From Hemiscyllium ocellatum (taxonomy: Eukaryota), in the NCBI RefSeq assembly GCF_020745735.1, contig NC_083421.1:63913001-63977000 (forward strand): a DNA stretch of 64,000 nt, in the 5' to 3' direction. Position 1 is the first letter of the stretch; every line of letters begins with the position of its first letter. Position numbers and translations under genes: made by a program. The notes under the pieces were generated by a model. That model saw only the letters and a program-made list of their open reading frames with translations. It was not told where the DNA came from and searched no databases. Below, in pieces: positions 28,501 through 41,690 of the stretch.

Positions 28501-31500
28501 AGATTCGGGGGGGTTGTTGACCGGCTGCATGGGCTGGTTGTTGCTCAATCACCGTTTCAGGGGGCAGTTAAGAATCAGCCACACTGCTGTGGGTCTGGAG
28601 TCACAAGTAGGCCAGACCGGGTAAGGAGGGCTGATTTCCTTCCTTAAAGGGACATTAGTGAACCCTGAGATTTGTCACGATGCTACCTCGGAGATGGGCT
28701 TTCTGTTCCAGACTATGAGTGGAATTTAAATTCTACTATCTGCATGGTGAACTTTTTCCCCTTGACCCAGTGCCACAGAGAGGGTGGGTTCACTGGACAG
28801 CAGACAGCCGCAGCAACATGGGCCGTTTTGCTGTCAAAGATAACATCAGCCCCTGACAAGTTCAACACAGATCACAGCTCGGAGTGGAGTTGACCTGACC
28901 CATTTAACTCAGCAGATCAGCTGAGGCACTGGTGTGTTGGGGGACTGAGAGATCATACAATATGACCCACCTACCCTCTACACCTCCATACCCACAGCTC
29001 AGTGTGCACGATGACCAAACTTCATGCTGCTCTGTATTTGCAGGGACATATTGGAGTTAAGATCCCTCTTGCTGGAGGGTTTCTCTCTGATCTCTCTCTT
29101 CTGATGAATAGAATCATACAGAACAGAAACAGACCTTTCAGTCCAACTTGTCCATGCCAATCAGGCCTCCCATACTGAACTCGTCCCATTTGCCGGTGTT
29201 TATCCCATATCCCACTAAACCTTTCCTATTCATGGACCTGACCAAATCTCTTTTAAGTGTTGTAACTACCCTGCACCCACCACTTCATTTGGCAGTTCAT
29301 TCCACATACAAACTACCCTCTGCGTGGAAAAGGTTGCCCCTCAGATCTCTTTTAAATCTTTCCCCTCTCACCTTAAAAATATGCCCTCTAGTTTTGAACA
29401 CCCCCATGCCAGGGAAAAGACATTTGCTATTTACCCTGTCATTGCCCCTCATGATTTTACAAACCGCGATAAAGTGATCCCACTGCCATCAGTCTCCTAT
29501 ACTCCACTGAAAACAGTCCCAGCCCATCCAGTCTCTCCTTATAACTGAAACCTTCTCGTCCTGGTAACATCCTTGTCAATCATTTCTGCACTCCCTTCAA
29601 TTTAATAATATCCTTCCTATAGCAGGGTAACTAGAACTGTAAACAGTACTCCCAAGTGGCCTCACAAACATCCTGTATAACTGTATACGATGTTCCAACT
29701 TCGATATTCAGTGCTTTGAGCAATGAATGCAAGTCTGCTGAAAGCCGTCTTCACCACCCTGACAACCTGTGACACAACTTTCAGAGAACTACCTACATGA
29801 ACCACTATGTCTGTTTGAGAACATTCCCCAGGGCCCGAACATTAACTGTATTAGTTCTGCTGTTATTTGTTTTCTCAAAGTGCAACACCTCACATTTATC
29901 CAAATTAAATTCCATCTCCCACTCCTCAGCCCAGTGGCCCAATTGATCGAGATTCTTTTGTAATCTTAGATAACCTCCTTCACTGTCAACTATACCATCA
30001 ATCTTGGTGTCATCTGCAACCTCACTAACTACGCCTCCTATATTCTCATCTATATTGTTTATAGAAAATGACAGACAGTGGAACCCAGCACCAATCCATG
30101 CGGAACACCGCTAGGCACAGGCCTCCGGTCCAAAAACAACCCTCCACCACCTCTGTCTCCGTTAAGCCCATTTTGTATCCAATTGGCAGGCTGGCCCTGA
30201 ATCCCAGGTGACCTGACTTTACTAACAGTCTGTTATGTAGAACCTTGTTAAAGGCTTTACTAAAGTGCACAAAGACAACATCTATTGCTCCACCCTCATC
30301 TATTTCTTGGTCACATCCTAATCAACTGTTTCTGTGACTCACCTGCTGGCCTTGCATGTTCCAGGTGGTGATAAACACTCGGACCTTTCGGTCAGGAAAA
30401 TAACGATCCAATTCACTGGCTCCCAACAGAGCTCCACTGGCCAGGAGACTGCCCTCCAGATAACTCCTGTAGAGACACAGGAATGTCCCAAAGTCAAAGT
30501 ACATGGCCATGATTACTCAGCTTCCGTCTGACTGTTACAGCCACGGCTGCTACTCCTTTATGCTTCATGTAAGAACAATCACACTTAGGAGCAAGCGTAA
30601 GTTACTACGGGCCTCCAACCTGTACTACCATACAATACCGTCATGGCTGATCTAGTTGTGGCCTTAATTCCACTTGCATAGCTGCCTCCAGTAACTTTTC
30701 ACTCCCTTATCAATCTAAAGTCTGTCTGACTCAGCCATGAACAAATCTCATTGGTGCAGCTCCCATTGCTCTCTGGGAGAGTGAATTCCAATAGACTCAG
30801 AATTCTCTGGGGGGGGGGGGGGGAAAAAGGTTCTCCTCATCTCAGTCTGGTGGCTTCTTACTCTCCAACTCTGTCTCTGAGTTCGACTCTTTCCCAACCA
30901 GAAGAGCGATCCTCTAGCTATCTACCCTATCTAGTCCCCTCAATCCTTTACATGTTTTAATCAGATCACCTCTCATTCTTTAATGAAGAAAGGCCAAACC
31001 TGGCAGTCTTCATAAACTAACCCCCATGCCTGGAAGAAGTTGAGTGAGCTGTTCCAAATTCAATGAAAGTCTTCTTCAAATAAGGAGATGAAAACGGCCC
31101 GCAGTAATCCAGATTCAGTCTCACCAAACCTTCCTTCATTCTCCTCTTACCCTTTGACTACGCTATCCTCTCACAGTGTCTCCCGTTCCAGGAATATCCG
31201 GAGCAATCCAGACCCACATCTTCCTATCATTCTGCAAATAGGAGACAAAACAAACTTGACATCTCACACCTGACCTTTAAACTCTGTGCCCTGCAATATG
31301 GGAATAGCCCACTTTCTGATCTTAAACATCTCACTCTAGTGGGAATGGGATGGAAGAATAGACAATCACGCAGAGTATGTAGTTTCAGAGAGGGCTAAAA
31401 CTCTGATAGTGGGTATTCCCTCGTCAACAGGGACAGGGGTAACAGGGCCTCAGGCAGTGCTACATCAGCGTCGGTGTGGAATATGAATCCATACGCTTCT

Positions 31501-32412
31501 GATTCAAAGGCTAAGGCTGACCCGAGACAACTCACAGCTAAGAGGATTTTAACGTTTTAATTGTCAATCGTTCCCTTACCTTTTCCGAAGATCCTCAGAA
31601 CGGACAGGAAACAAGATACTACTGGAAGAACTCATGGAGATTGAAGATCGATTATCCTCAGTTCCTTGGGACAGGCTGAGGAGATTGGAGTGCTGGCTTG
31701 ACACTGTCTGAGTCACACGCATGTAATCCATATAATCCTGGTCGATCCGATTACTGGTCCTTAATACTGGTGAGTCCAGGTTAATGACCATTGGAGGGAG
31801 GGGCTTGCTCGGTGCTACAGGAGGCAGCTTCCGATTGGCTGACGACACTGTTTGAATGTCAGGGTGATCAATCCTGGCTTGGGAGTCTGTGTGCACAGGC
31901 CCATTATGATACTCTGCTGTACTGCCAGCTGACTCACTAGTGTCGCACTCCTGCAAACTACTGCTACTGCTGCTGCTGGGCAGGGGTGTCTGGGGAGCCA
32001 CCCCTGACCTGCCCTGGAGACACTGCATGGGGGAGGCTGAGAGGTCAGCACCGTACAGAGACCCACAGGAGGAGTCTGTGTCAACAGGCTCTGAGGAGCT
32101 CTCCTCACTGCTCCTGCTCCTCAGTCTGCGGGCGGCAGCTCTCCTTTCCGCCGAGTGCAGGTGCTGCAGCTTATTCTGTTGGCACGGTTTGGGCCTTACG
32201 GGAGGTCGTGGCACTAACGGTGTTCTCAACCCTTGGACACCATGGCCCAGTTCCTCAGGGGAGCATTTCCAAGTGTCACTGAGGAAGGGCCTAGACTCCT
32301 CCTGGTCTCGCAGTTGGCATTGCTCAGTCTCGAGGCTTTGGGGCTGTCCAGTCCCTGTGCCAGAGGACACATTCCAGGCACCGTGGGCTGCCAGTCTGGT
32401 CTGATCACTCAT
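22457..32412 (-). CDS. INPP5E: Inositol polyphosphate-5-phosphatase E, complete 10-exon CDS (649 aa)
   Basis: complement(join(22457..22586,22844..22980,23731..23846,24086..24247,24971..25078,25418..25537,25632..25756,26324..26418,30343..30466,31580..32412)) = 1950 nt. 5-phosphatase motifs [30 protein letters not shown]; Pro/Ser-rich N-terminus; C-terminal CaaX CSVS. Confidence 0.96.
22844..22980 (-). CDS. INPP5E: INPP5E coding exon 9
   Basis: [45 protein letters not shown], 137 nt. Confidence 0.96.
23731..23846 (-). CDS. INPP5E: INPP5E coding exon 8
   Basis: [38 protein letters not shown], 116 nt. Confidence 0.96.
24086..24247 (-). CDS. INPP5E: INPP5E coding exon 7
   Basis: [23 protein letters not shown]...DELTKKLQE, 162 nt. 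Confidence 0.96.
24538..24898. repeat. 33-bp minisatellite in an INPP5E intron
   Basis: gagagtcagtgtgtgtgggagctgtaccccagt, about 11 copies. Confidence 0.95.
24971..25078 (-). CDS. INPP5E: INPP5E coding exon 6
   Basis: [35 protein letters not shown], 108 nt. Confidence 0.95.
25418..25537 (-). CDS. INPP5E: INPP5E coding exon 5
   Basis: [39 protein letters not shown], 120 nt. Confidence 0.96.
25632..25756 (-). CDS. INPP5E: INPP5E coding exon 4
   Basis: [41 protein letters not shown], 125 nt. Confidence 0.96.
26324..26418 (-). CDS. INPP5E: INPP5E coding exon 3
   Basis: [32 protein letters not shown], 95 nt. Confidence 0.93.
26761..28335 (+). mobile_element. Internally deleted CR1 LINE nested in a SINE-like repeat
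   Basis: Endonuclease remnant, then [13 protein letters not shown] and 3' tail; the SINE sequence stops at 26760 and resumes at about 28336. Confidence 0.8.
29108..30320 (-). mobile_element. CR1 LINE 3' fragment
   Basis: Reverse-strand FSKAFNKV and CR1 tail. Confidence 0.85.
30343..30466 (-). CDS. INPP5E: INPP5E coding exon 2
   Basis: [41 protein letters not shown] |gtgagt, 124 nt. Confidence 0.96.
31580..32412 (-). CDS. INPP5E: INPP5E first coding exon (Pro/Ser-rich N-terminus)
   Basis: [13 protein letters not shown]...[15 protein letters not shown] ending AG|gtaagg, in phase with the next exon. Confidence 0.88.
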
Positions 32413-33329
32413 TCTCGACCAACCTCACCTTCGGTGGCAAAAACAGCTGAACAGGAACGGTCTTGAACAACTGTCCTCGGTCACAAAAAAACCATAAACG
32501 TGTCCAGTTCCTGTCGCCAGTGACGCACCAAATAGGCAGCCTCATCCTTTCACTTCCACAGGGAAAAGGAGGTGCGATCAGAAGGAGGTGAGATAGTCCC
32601 TGACCAATGTGTCAAAACTCCAATGCAGAGGCCACAATCCAGAACCTGCAGCGAAACCACCAACACAGTCAGCAACCAACCAGCAACAAAAATACAATCA
32701 ATTCAAAAACACAAAGGGGGCAGGAATAGCACTGAGCTTTCTTCATCATCTTAGTAGGTGCTGAGGAGGAAGGGACTCAAAAACATTAACTTTGTTTTTC
32801 TCTCCACAGATGCTGCCAGGCCTAGTGAGTTTCTCCAGCAGTTTGTTTTTATTTCCAGCCCCCAGCATCTGTGGTATTTTGCTTTTATCTACATGAGTGA
32901 ATGGATTGAGTGGTTATGTTACTGGAAGAAAGATCCAGGGATCTAGCCTAGTAATCGAGACAGGAGCTCAAATCCCACAAAGGCACTGAAGCATTTAAAT
33001 TGTTTTTATTGAGATATAATCTGAAAAAAAAAGCGAATGGTAATAATAGTGACCTACTGGATTGTTGTGAAAACCCATGTGCTTTATTCATGCCACTTAA
33101 CTAAGGAAAACTGCTGTCCCTTACTCAAACAGGCCTGTGTGTAACTGGAATTTCCCAGCAATATGGTTTAATTTTAACAGTCCCCTAAAATGGCTGAACA
33201 ACAAGGCAGCAACTCATCACTAATTTGTCAAGGGCAGTTTAGTAATGGGCAATAAATGCTGGCCCAGTCAGTGATACCCACATCCCATAAAGACATTTTA
33301 CAAACTGAGACCAGGGAGTAACAACACAA

Positions 33330-33905
33330 ACCTGCCCAAGATGGGGAATGCTGCAATACACAGGGTATTGGTGAAAGCACTTCTTAAATACGTCATGTAA
33401 TTTTAGTTTCCTTATTTAAGGCGGGATAAAAATACGTTGGAGGCTGTTCAGAGAAGGGTTGCCCCGAACAAGTGGGTTTTCCTCGGAGGAAAGGTTGGAC
33501 AGCCCTGACTTGTTTCCACTGGAGTTTAGAGGAGTGAGAGGTAAATTAATTGAGTTTATAAAATCCTGGAGGTTCTTGACAAGGTGGGCATGGGAAGGAT
33601 GCTTCCTCTTATGAAAGTCCAGAACTAAGGGACACTGTTTAAAATTAGAAGTCATTCCTTTACAACAGAAAACATTTTCTCTCAGAGGGTTGCGTGACTT
33701 TGGAAATCTCTGCCTCAGAAGGCAATGGAGGCGGGTCACTGAATTTCTTTTGAAGATGGAAGAGGTTCACGTTAGGCAGGAGAATCAAGGGTTATCGAGG
33801 GGTTAGACAGGAATGGAATTAAAACACACACAAATCTGCCATGATCTTATTAAATGACAGAGGATGCTTGAGGGACAGAATGGGGTAATTTTGCTCCAAT
33901 TATGA
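33330..33905 (+). mobile_element. Decayed CR1 3' fragment
   Basis: CR1-type 3' region (ttttctctcagagggt...tggaaatctctgcctcag). Confidence 0.7.
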
Positions 33906-36900
33906 ATGTTTGTGTAAATTTATTGTACATGAAAGGGGCTGTACCAGAACAATTATACAAATTTTGTTCAAGGAATTTTAACTTGTTGGAAAAATGATGG
34001 TCATCAGAAAGTGAGTGGCCTGTGACAGGCACAAGATCTCAGTGAGAAACATTTTTGTTTGTGGTCTTAAGATTTGCATTTTATCAAGTTGTCCTCTGGG
34101 TGTGGTAACTAAAGCTCAGCATCCAGTCACCAGGAGCTAGTGCTCATCATCTGGTGCAATGCTCTGCTCCATTTCTAATGATACTCATCCCAAATTCCCA
34201 ACAGTCCCCAACCTCCCAATAAACCGTGCATTCCTTGACATGCCACAGCTCCAGTGCTTCATCCTGGCAGATCTGGATAATCTCTAACTCCCAGACACAC
34301 CTCTAGGCATCCTTGCAGTGTCTCCATAGTGACAGCAGATCCAGCCGAAGAACATCATAGGGAGACATGCGTGCAGACAGCTTCCTACAGCCTACAGTGA
34401 CAGTGACCATGGGGCTGCATTTCTAGTGACAACTGTTTCAGGATCACAGGAATTCTGTAGAGCAAGTGAGAAAGTTAATCAGCATGCAAAACAGACTGAC
34501 ACAGACAAGATTCAGAGGGGAGATTTTGCCATTCCCAAACTCACAATGGCTCCTTTGACAGCACTTTCTAAATTCACATTTACCACCCAGAAGGCCAAGT
34601 GGAGCACCAGCAAGTTCCCATCGAAGCCACACACCATTCTGACTTGGAAATATTACACTGTTTCTAAAGCATTGCTGATGAAATCCTGGTACTCCCTCCC
34701 AAAAACCGTTTTTGTAAGGACTGGAGTGGTTCAAGAAGTGACTCACCATCATTTTCTCAATGGGGAATGAACCCTGGCCAAATTGTTTGATGGATCCACA
34801 TGCTATATTTCTGAGTTCCTTGTATGAGTAAATCCAAATCTCTCTGAACATCAATATTTAAGGAGTGTGAAACTTTTCTAAAAAATATTCTGCTTTTCTG
34901 TTCTTAAAACTAATGTCCCCACATTTTACTCTAGCTGTCACCTTGTTGCACATTCACTTAACGTGTCTATAACTTTTTACAGTACAGCCACAGATTACAT
35001 TTGCAGGAAAAGCGAGGGAGGAATACTGTAGAGGTGTATGGGAAATAAGCAGGAACAGTTCGATTAATCGGACAGCTCTTTCAAAGAGTTCGCACTAGCA
35101 CCAGGGACCAAAAGCCTTCGAAATCACTTCAAGTTTCAGTTGACAATTGAACACAGAAAAATAAGAATTACTTATTTCTACAATGCCTCTTACCACAGGC
35201 TTCCCAATGCAGGAGGCCAAGACTCCAAGTGGGGTCACAAACGGATAGTTGTGGGATCACAAATTCCAAGGCAGCAATGGCTAACCCTTCCCACTGCTCT
35301 CTAGGGTCTTCTCCAATATCTCCTCCCACAACACACACACACACACACACACACAATACCCAGTGCTCAGCAACAGATTCACAATTTTGAAGCTTCAAAA
35401 TGAGGCCTTAGCAGAAAAATGTTCGAGTCATGACTCCTCAGTGTGCTGTACGGTGCAACGGTTTGAGAGTGTGTCTCTCTGTGTCCCTGTGTGTCTGCCT
35501 ACACACGTGTTTCCAGGTTCAGCTGAGATGCTTGCTGTCTAACATCATGTGTGAAGATGTGTGTGTCATTCACAAAACCGGTCAGCTCATTAAACACAGC
35601 AGGGACAGAGAGAACCCGTCAAACACAGAGCACCACTGCACTGACAGTACAAAAAGCTGTTCAGGTCAAGTAGAAGTAAAAGGAATTAATCTTCACTCAT
35701 TTTATATTTTATGATGCAGCTCCAGTCAGGTTTGTAGTTGCAGCTCATTCCAGTAGATTTACACGGAGTGAGCCTACACCATTGAAACATGATCCCAAGG
35801 CGTACGTGGCTCAGTTACTCCCAGACTGCCTCCTCGTCAAACCAACATTATCAACTCAATATGGCAGATCAAAACATCGATTTATTTTGAAATGTGACTG
35901 AAGCTGAGTTTAGCTTGAACACATTTACTCACAGCTCAATGTGGACAGTCTTGAGGGAAAAGATTGACAGAGTAAATACAGAGCAATGGTTACCTTCCTG
36001 GGCCGGGTGGTGGGATCAATAACAAAGAGGCAGTCTCTTCAAATTAAAGCCAGACCATTGAAGCTGATGTCAGAAAGTAATGGTTCATACAAAAGGGAGT
36101 GGAAATTCTGGAGCCCTCTTCTCAAAAAAGCCAGTTGTTGCATGGTAGGTGCAGCTCAGTTTCAGCTCAATGACAATCCCCATGTTGATAACAGGAGTTT
36201 CAGCTGTGGAGCTGTCAAGGAACAATCATCAGATCGTTTTCTTGTTGGAGATTGCCCAGAGTGGCACAAATATTGTATACCACATTGGAGCCCGAGCTTG
36301 AACACAATCTCCATCGGAGTGCCCTCAACACAGGCTGCTTCAGTACCACATCTTTTTAAAAAGTTTTAAAATTTTGGATTGTGGGCCATAAATGTGAAAA
36401 GAATGCTTTATATAGAAGACTCTGGAAGGAGTTGCTCCAACTTTTAAAAACAAGTTACTGGAACTTATTGGGAGTTGTGTTGACATGGTTGTTGGTTCAA
36501 GCAGCAGGGGAAGATATCTAAGATACCCCAGCACTGTGGGAGTCTGCAGAGCAAGGCTCACCCAAAGACAAACTGCTAATTGGCTTGTGAAAACAGGACC
36601 AACTGGAGAGGGCTCCAGTCATCAGCATGACCACAACTTGGTGATTGCTTTCTGGGCAGGTAGACAGTTTGTATGTGAACAATACATTAGCAAAAGCCTC
36701 TAGACTGAAAGATTTGGCATCACTCTCCCTCTAAGATGCGAAGTAACCAAAAACGGAAATATAGCTAATCTCCCCCATCAGTTGCTGTAGACTGTTGCAT
36801 CTCACCACTGACTGAAAAAACAAAGCACCAACTGCACTGTACTTCAGCAAAGAATTGAAAGGATCTGCAAAGAAGAAGAATGGAGGTCAGCTGGACTTGG

Positions 36901-37899
36901 GAAGAAGCAAAGAAACATCTCACTACTCCTTAGTGGATTGGTGCTGTGATTGTATTTCCCTAGTATCTTTTCCTCCATCCTGTAACATCCATGTTTAATT
37001 GTTTGCAAAGGTCTGCATGGGTGTGCAGGAGTTTAGGAAGGGGTCAGAGTTTAATCTAGTAGAGATATCGATGATAATTCACATTCATTTCCCTGTGGCT
37101 AGCATTATTTATTGGTGATAAACAGTAGTTCATGTTAAATACAAAACCTTGGTTAGTGTTTTCTGTTAACCTAAAGGCCATCAGACAGGTAACTTAGGAA
37201 CTTCAAATAGTTTGATTCAACCTTTAACGCCTGTGATAATCCCAGGAATAGCAGTTCTTCAGGATCCATGCACTTTCCCAAGTGAGATTTCCAATAGACA
37301 CCATCATTTCCTTTGTACCAGGTATGACTCCAACCAGTGGGAAGAATTCCCCCCGACTCGCACTGACAATAGTTCTGCTTGGGCTCCTTGATGCCACATT
37401 TGATAAGATGCTCCTTATGGAATAATTCCTATCACTATTCTGTTGGTCAGCACATTGCTTCAATCACCTGTCCCTGGATACTTCCTTTAGTTGCTAAGAG
37501 CATGAGGTGGTTTGGTTCAATCATAAATTGTCTCTGACTTATCAGTGAAAGTCACAGTTTGCAACAGCTGTGAAGCAATGATTTACAGCAAGTTTTGACG
37601 ACAGAGAATAGAGAGACTGCTTCTGGGGATGAAGAAGAACTAAACACTTCTCTCACTCTAACTTGTCCCCAGCTCCAAGCTGCTGTCAGCAGAGAACCAA
37701 TTGTTAACAGGCATTGCTAACTGGTCGTTAGTCCACAGAACAATCAACTTCCTGCTGCCAGAGCATGCCTTTGTTTCCAAATCATGTACAACTTTAATGT
37801 CAACTACTCGTTCCAACAGTTATTTCCACGATGCCTGCACTGGGAGGCAGGCTACTTGCTTTCAAAACATACAGCCATTCTCTGAAGCACTGGCTTCAA

Positions 37900-38280
37900 T
37901 ACATCAGACGGGTGACCGTAAAATGGTTCATAACATCACGAGGGGCACTGATAGGATGAATAGCCATAGTCTTTTTCTTAGGGTGAGGCATGTCCAAACC
38001 AAAGGGCATAAGTTTAAGGTGAAAGGGGAAAGATTTAAAAAAGACCTGAGGGATAACTTTTTCACACAGAGGGTGGTGCATGTAATGAACAAGCTGCCAG
38101 AGGAAGTGGTGAAGTCTGGTACAACTACAACATTAAAAAGCATCTGTCTGGGTAAATGAATAGTAAGGGTTTAGAGAGATATGGGCGAAATGCTGCCAAA
38201 TGGGACTAGGTCAGATTGGGATATCTGGTCAGCACAGATGAGTTGGACCAAAGTTTCTATTTCTGTGCTCAATGACTCTA
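37900..38280 (+). mobile_element. CR1 3' fragment
   Basis: KGHKFKVKGERFKKDLRDNFFTQRVV. Confidence 0.8.
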
Positions 38281-39262
38281 TAATATAGCTCTTTCTCATG
38301 TCAGCCCCCAGTTTTTAAAAGCACAAAATAAAAAGGTACTGTCCTTATAGCTAGTAGTTATTTGTCATTGGACCATTATGGTTTAACTGTAGCTAGAATC
38401 GATTGATTTGTAGTAAATGGTATTTTCTGTTCAGCACAGAAACCCAGTCCATGCTTTGTCAATCTGCATATAAAAGGCAAGGATGTTGGGGCAACTTTGC
38501 ATACTTCTATAAAATCTTTCACTTTTGCAATGATTGGATGAATATTGGAGCTTTCTTTCCAGCGCATTCCCCCAGTCAGGTGTAACACAGGGCATGAGGA
38601 TAGCTCCCATCCTCCTTGAGATAGAGGACAGGAGCTCTTTTCCTCCCACCTGAAAGGGCAGAGGAGTCCTTATCATCCAAAAGACAGCCCCAACTTAAAC
38701 ACAAGCTGCTGGCTACTCTCCTGAACTGGTGATTTCCAGTTTCAAAGGTCCTGTACTTCATTAGCAAGTGACTCTGAATTTGACAGGCTGGATACAAAGA
38801 CTGATTGGCTGTAGGGACATCACAGCTGATGTGGAGCCTTCCCCAACCTCCCTCTTTCTCCAGCAGGAATTCCTGGATAATGGTCCACAGCAAGATGGAG
38901 CTGGCTGATGATGGACTGGACCCCAAAGCCCCTTGCTGTTTCCAGTTAGTAATCCCATCCCATCTCATACATACTATGGCTTGGAGAGGAGATTTCTACT
39001 CCCACACTGAGCACTGTCCTGACCCAGTGAATGGCTGTGTTTTTCAAGCAACACAGCACACTTCCCACCTCAGCTCTCAGAGAATCGAGTGCAGGTCATG
39101 TCTGCTCCTTTGGAGGTTCACAGCAATACATTTAGGATCCTGCCTTTTGACAGTGAGTGGGGTCACTGCTCAATGTGGACAGTCTTGAGGGAAAAGATTG
39201 ACAGAGTAAATACAGAGCAATGGTTACCTTCCTGGGCCGGGTGGTGGGATCAATGACAAAGA

Positions 39263-40889
39263 TGAAAATGTGTTGCTGGTTAAAGCACAGCAGGTCAGGC
39301 AGCATCCAAGGAATAGGGAATTCGACGTTTCAGGCATAAGCCCTTAATCAGGAATGAGGAGAGTGTGCCAGGCAGGCTAAGATAAAAGATAGGGAGGAGG
39401 GACTTGGGGGAGGGCGCGATGGAGATGTGATAGGTGGAAGGAGGTCAAGGTGAGGGTGATAGGCCGGAGTGGGGTGGGGGCGGAGAGGTCAGGAGGGCGG
39501 TGCTGAGTTGAGGGAACCGACTGAGACAAGGTGGGGGGAGGGGAAATGAGGAAACTGGAGAAATCTGAGTTCATCCCTTGTGGTTGGAGGGTTCCCAGGC
39601 GGAAGATGAGGCGTTCTTCCTCCAACCGTCGTGTTGTTATGTTTTGCCAGTGGAGGAGTCCAAGGACCTGCATGTCCTCGGTGGAGTGGGAGGGAGAGTT
39701 AAAGTGTTGAGCACGGTGTGGTTGCGTTGGTTGGTCCGGGCGTCCCAAAGGTGTTCTCTGAAGCGTTCCGCAAGTAGGCGGCCTGTCTCCCCAATATAGA
39801 GGAGGCCACATCGGGTGCAGTAGATGATGTGTGTGGAGGTACAGGTGAATTTGTGGCGGATATGGAATGATCCCTTGGGGCCTTGGAGAGAAGTAAGGGA
39901 GGAGGTGTGGGCGCAAGTTTTACATTTCCTGCGGTTGCAGGGGAAGGTGCCGGGGGTGGAGGTTGGGTTGGTGGGGGGTGTGGACCTGACGAGGGAGTCA
40001 CGAAGGGAGTGGTCTTTGCGGAACGCTGATAGGGGAGGGGAGGGAAATATATCCCTGGTGGTGGGGTCCGTTTGGAGGTGGCGGAAATGACGGCGGATGA
40101 TACGCTGTATACGGAGGTTGGTGGGTGGTAGGTGAGAACCAGTGGGGTTCTGTCTTGGTGGCGGTTGGAGGAGCGGGGCTCAAGGGCGGAGGAGCGGGAA
40201 GTGGAGGAGATGCGGTGGAGGGCATCGTCGATCACGTCTGGGGGGAATCTGCGGTCCTTGAAGAAGGAGGCCATCTGGGCTGTGCGGTGTTGGAACTGGT
40301 CCTCCTGGGAGCAGATGCGGTGGAGATGAAGGAATTGGGAATATGGGATGGAGTTTTTACAGGGGGTAGGGTGGGAGGAGGTGTGGGAGTCTCCACTGAG
40401 GACATGCAGGTCCTTGGACTCCTCCACCGGCAGAACATAACAACACGACGGCTGGAGGAGGAGCGCCTCATCTTCCGCCTGGGAACCCTCCAACCACAAG
40501 GAATAAACTCAGATTTCTCCAGTTTCCTCATTTCCCCTCCCCCCACCTTCTCTCAGTCGGTTCCCTCAACTCAGCTCCGCCCTCCTAACCTGCAATCTTC
40601 TTCATGCCCTCTCCGCCCCCACCCCCCTCCGGCCTTTCACCCTCACCTTGACCTCCTTCCACCTATCACATCTCCATTGCCGCCGCCGCCCCCCCCCCCC
40701 CACCTCCACCAAGTCCCTCCTCCCTACCTTTTATCTTAGCCTGCTTGGCACACTCTCCTCATTCCTGATAAAGGGTTTATGCCCGAAACGTCGATTCTCC
40801 TGTTCCTTGGATGCTGCCTAACCTGCTGTGCTTTAACCAGCAACACATTTTCAGCTGTGATCTCCAGCATCTGCAGACCTCACTTTTTA
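39263..40889 (-). mobile_element. Penelope-like element (GIY-YIG, Neptune-like) with an inverted partial copy and a 14-bp TSD
   Basis: SIPYSQFL...RTPLVLTYHP and EERLIFRLGTLQPQGMN on minus; inverted 3' copy on plus from about 40388; TSD ATCAATGACAAAGA at 39249-39262 and 40890-40903. Confidence 0.9.
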
Positions 40890-41376
40890 ATCAATGACAA
40901 AGAGGCAGTCTCTTCAAATTAAAGCCAGACCATTGAAGCTGATGTCAGAAAGTAATGGTTCACACAAAAGGGAGTATGAAATTCTGGAGCCCTCTTCCCA
41001 AAAAAGCCAGTTGCTACATGGTAGGTGCAGCTCAGTTTCTGCTCAATGACAATCCCCATGTTGATAACGGAATAAACTTGATGAATACACAGCATGCTGA
41101 AGGAGAGGCTTTCAGACTCACTATATCTGAAGCTCCCAAACAAGGTGATGAAAGCCTTGCCCCATCAAACACTTCCAGGGCTAACAGGCAGCTTTGATAG
41201 CTGACATCAAAGGAAGATGTAACTCAAATCCCTGAGTGTATCTAGTTTAGCGCTGTTTGAAAACAGTTCCGTGTGAAACAAGCTTAACTCAAAGGTATTT
41301 TCTTTAAACAAAATGTTGTGAATTACCTATTCCCTGAATAATAATCTTATTCATAACTCATAGCCCCAACCAAAAG

Positions 41377-41690
41377 TTAGTTAGATTAGATTAGACTTAC
41401 AGTGTGGAAACAGGCCCTTCGGCCCAACAAGTCCACACCGACCCGCCGAAGCGCAACCCACCCATACCCCTACATTTACCCCTTACCTAACACTACAGGC
41501 AATTTAGCTTGACCAATTCACCTGACCCGCACATCTTTGGACTGTGGGAGGAAACCGGAGCACCCGGAGGAAACCCACGCAGACACGGGGAGAACGTGCA
41601 AACTCCAACACAGTCAGTCGCCTGAGTCGGGAATTGAACCCGGGTCTGCAGGCGCTGTGAGGCAGCAGTGCTAACCACCGTGCCGCCCAC
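41377..41690 (-). mobile_element. HE1-type (V-SINE) tRNA-derived SINE
   Basis: Head gcggcacggtggttagcactgctgcctcacagcg...gggttcaattcccg; V-domain ggtttcctccgggtgctccggtttcctcccacagtccaaaga; (tctaa)n tail. Confidence 0.88.

Noticed and set aside
36420-37230. Possible solo LTR or ERV-like segment
   Set aside because: No TG..CA ends, TSD, PBS or coding remnant could be verified by eye
41600-41690. tRNA-like A/B boxes
   Set aside because: Head of an HE1-type SINE, not a tRNA gene (same at 57260-57325 and 58188-58235)
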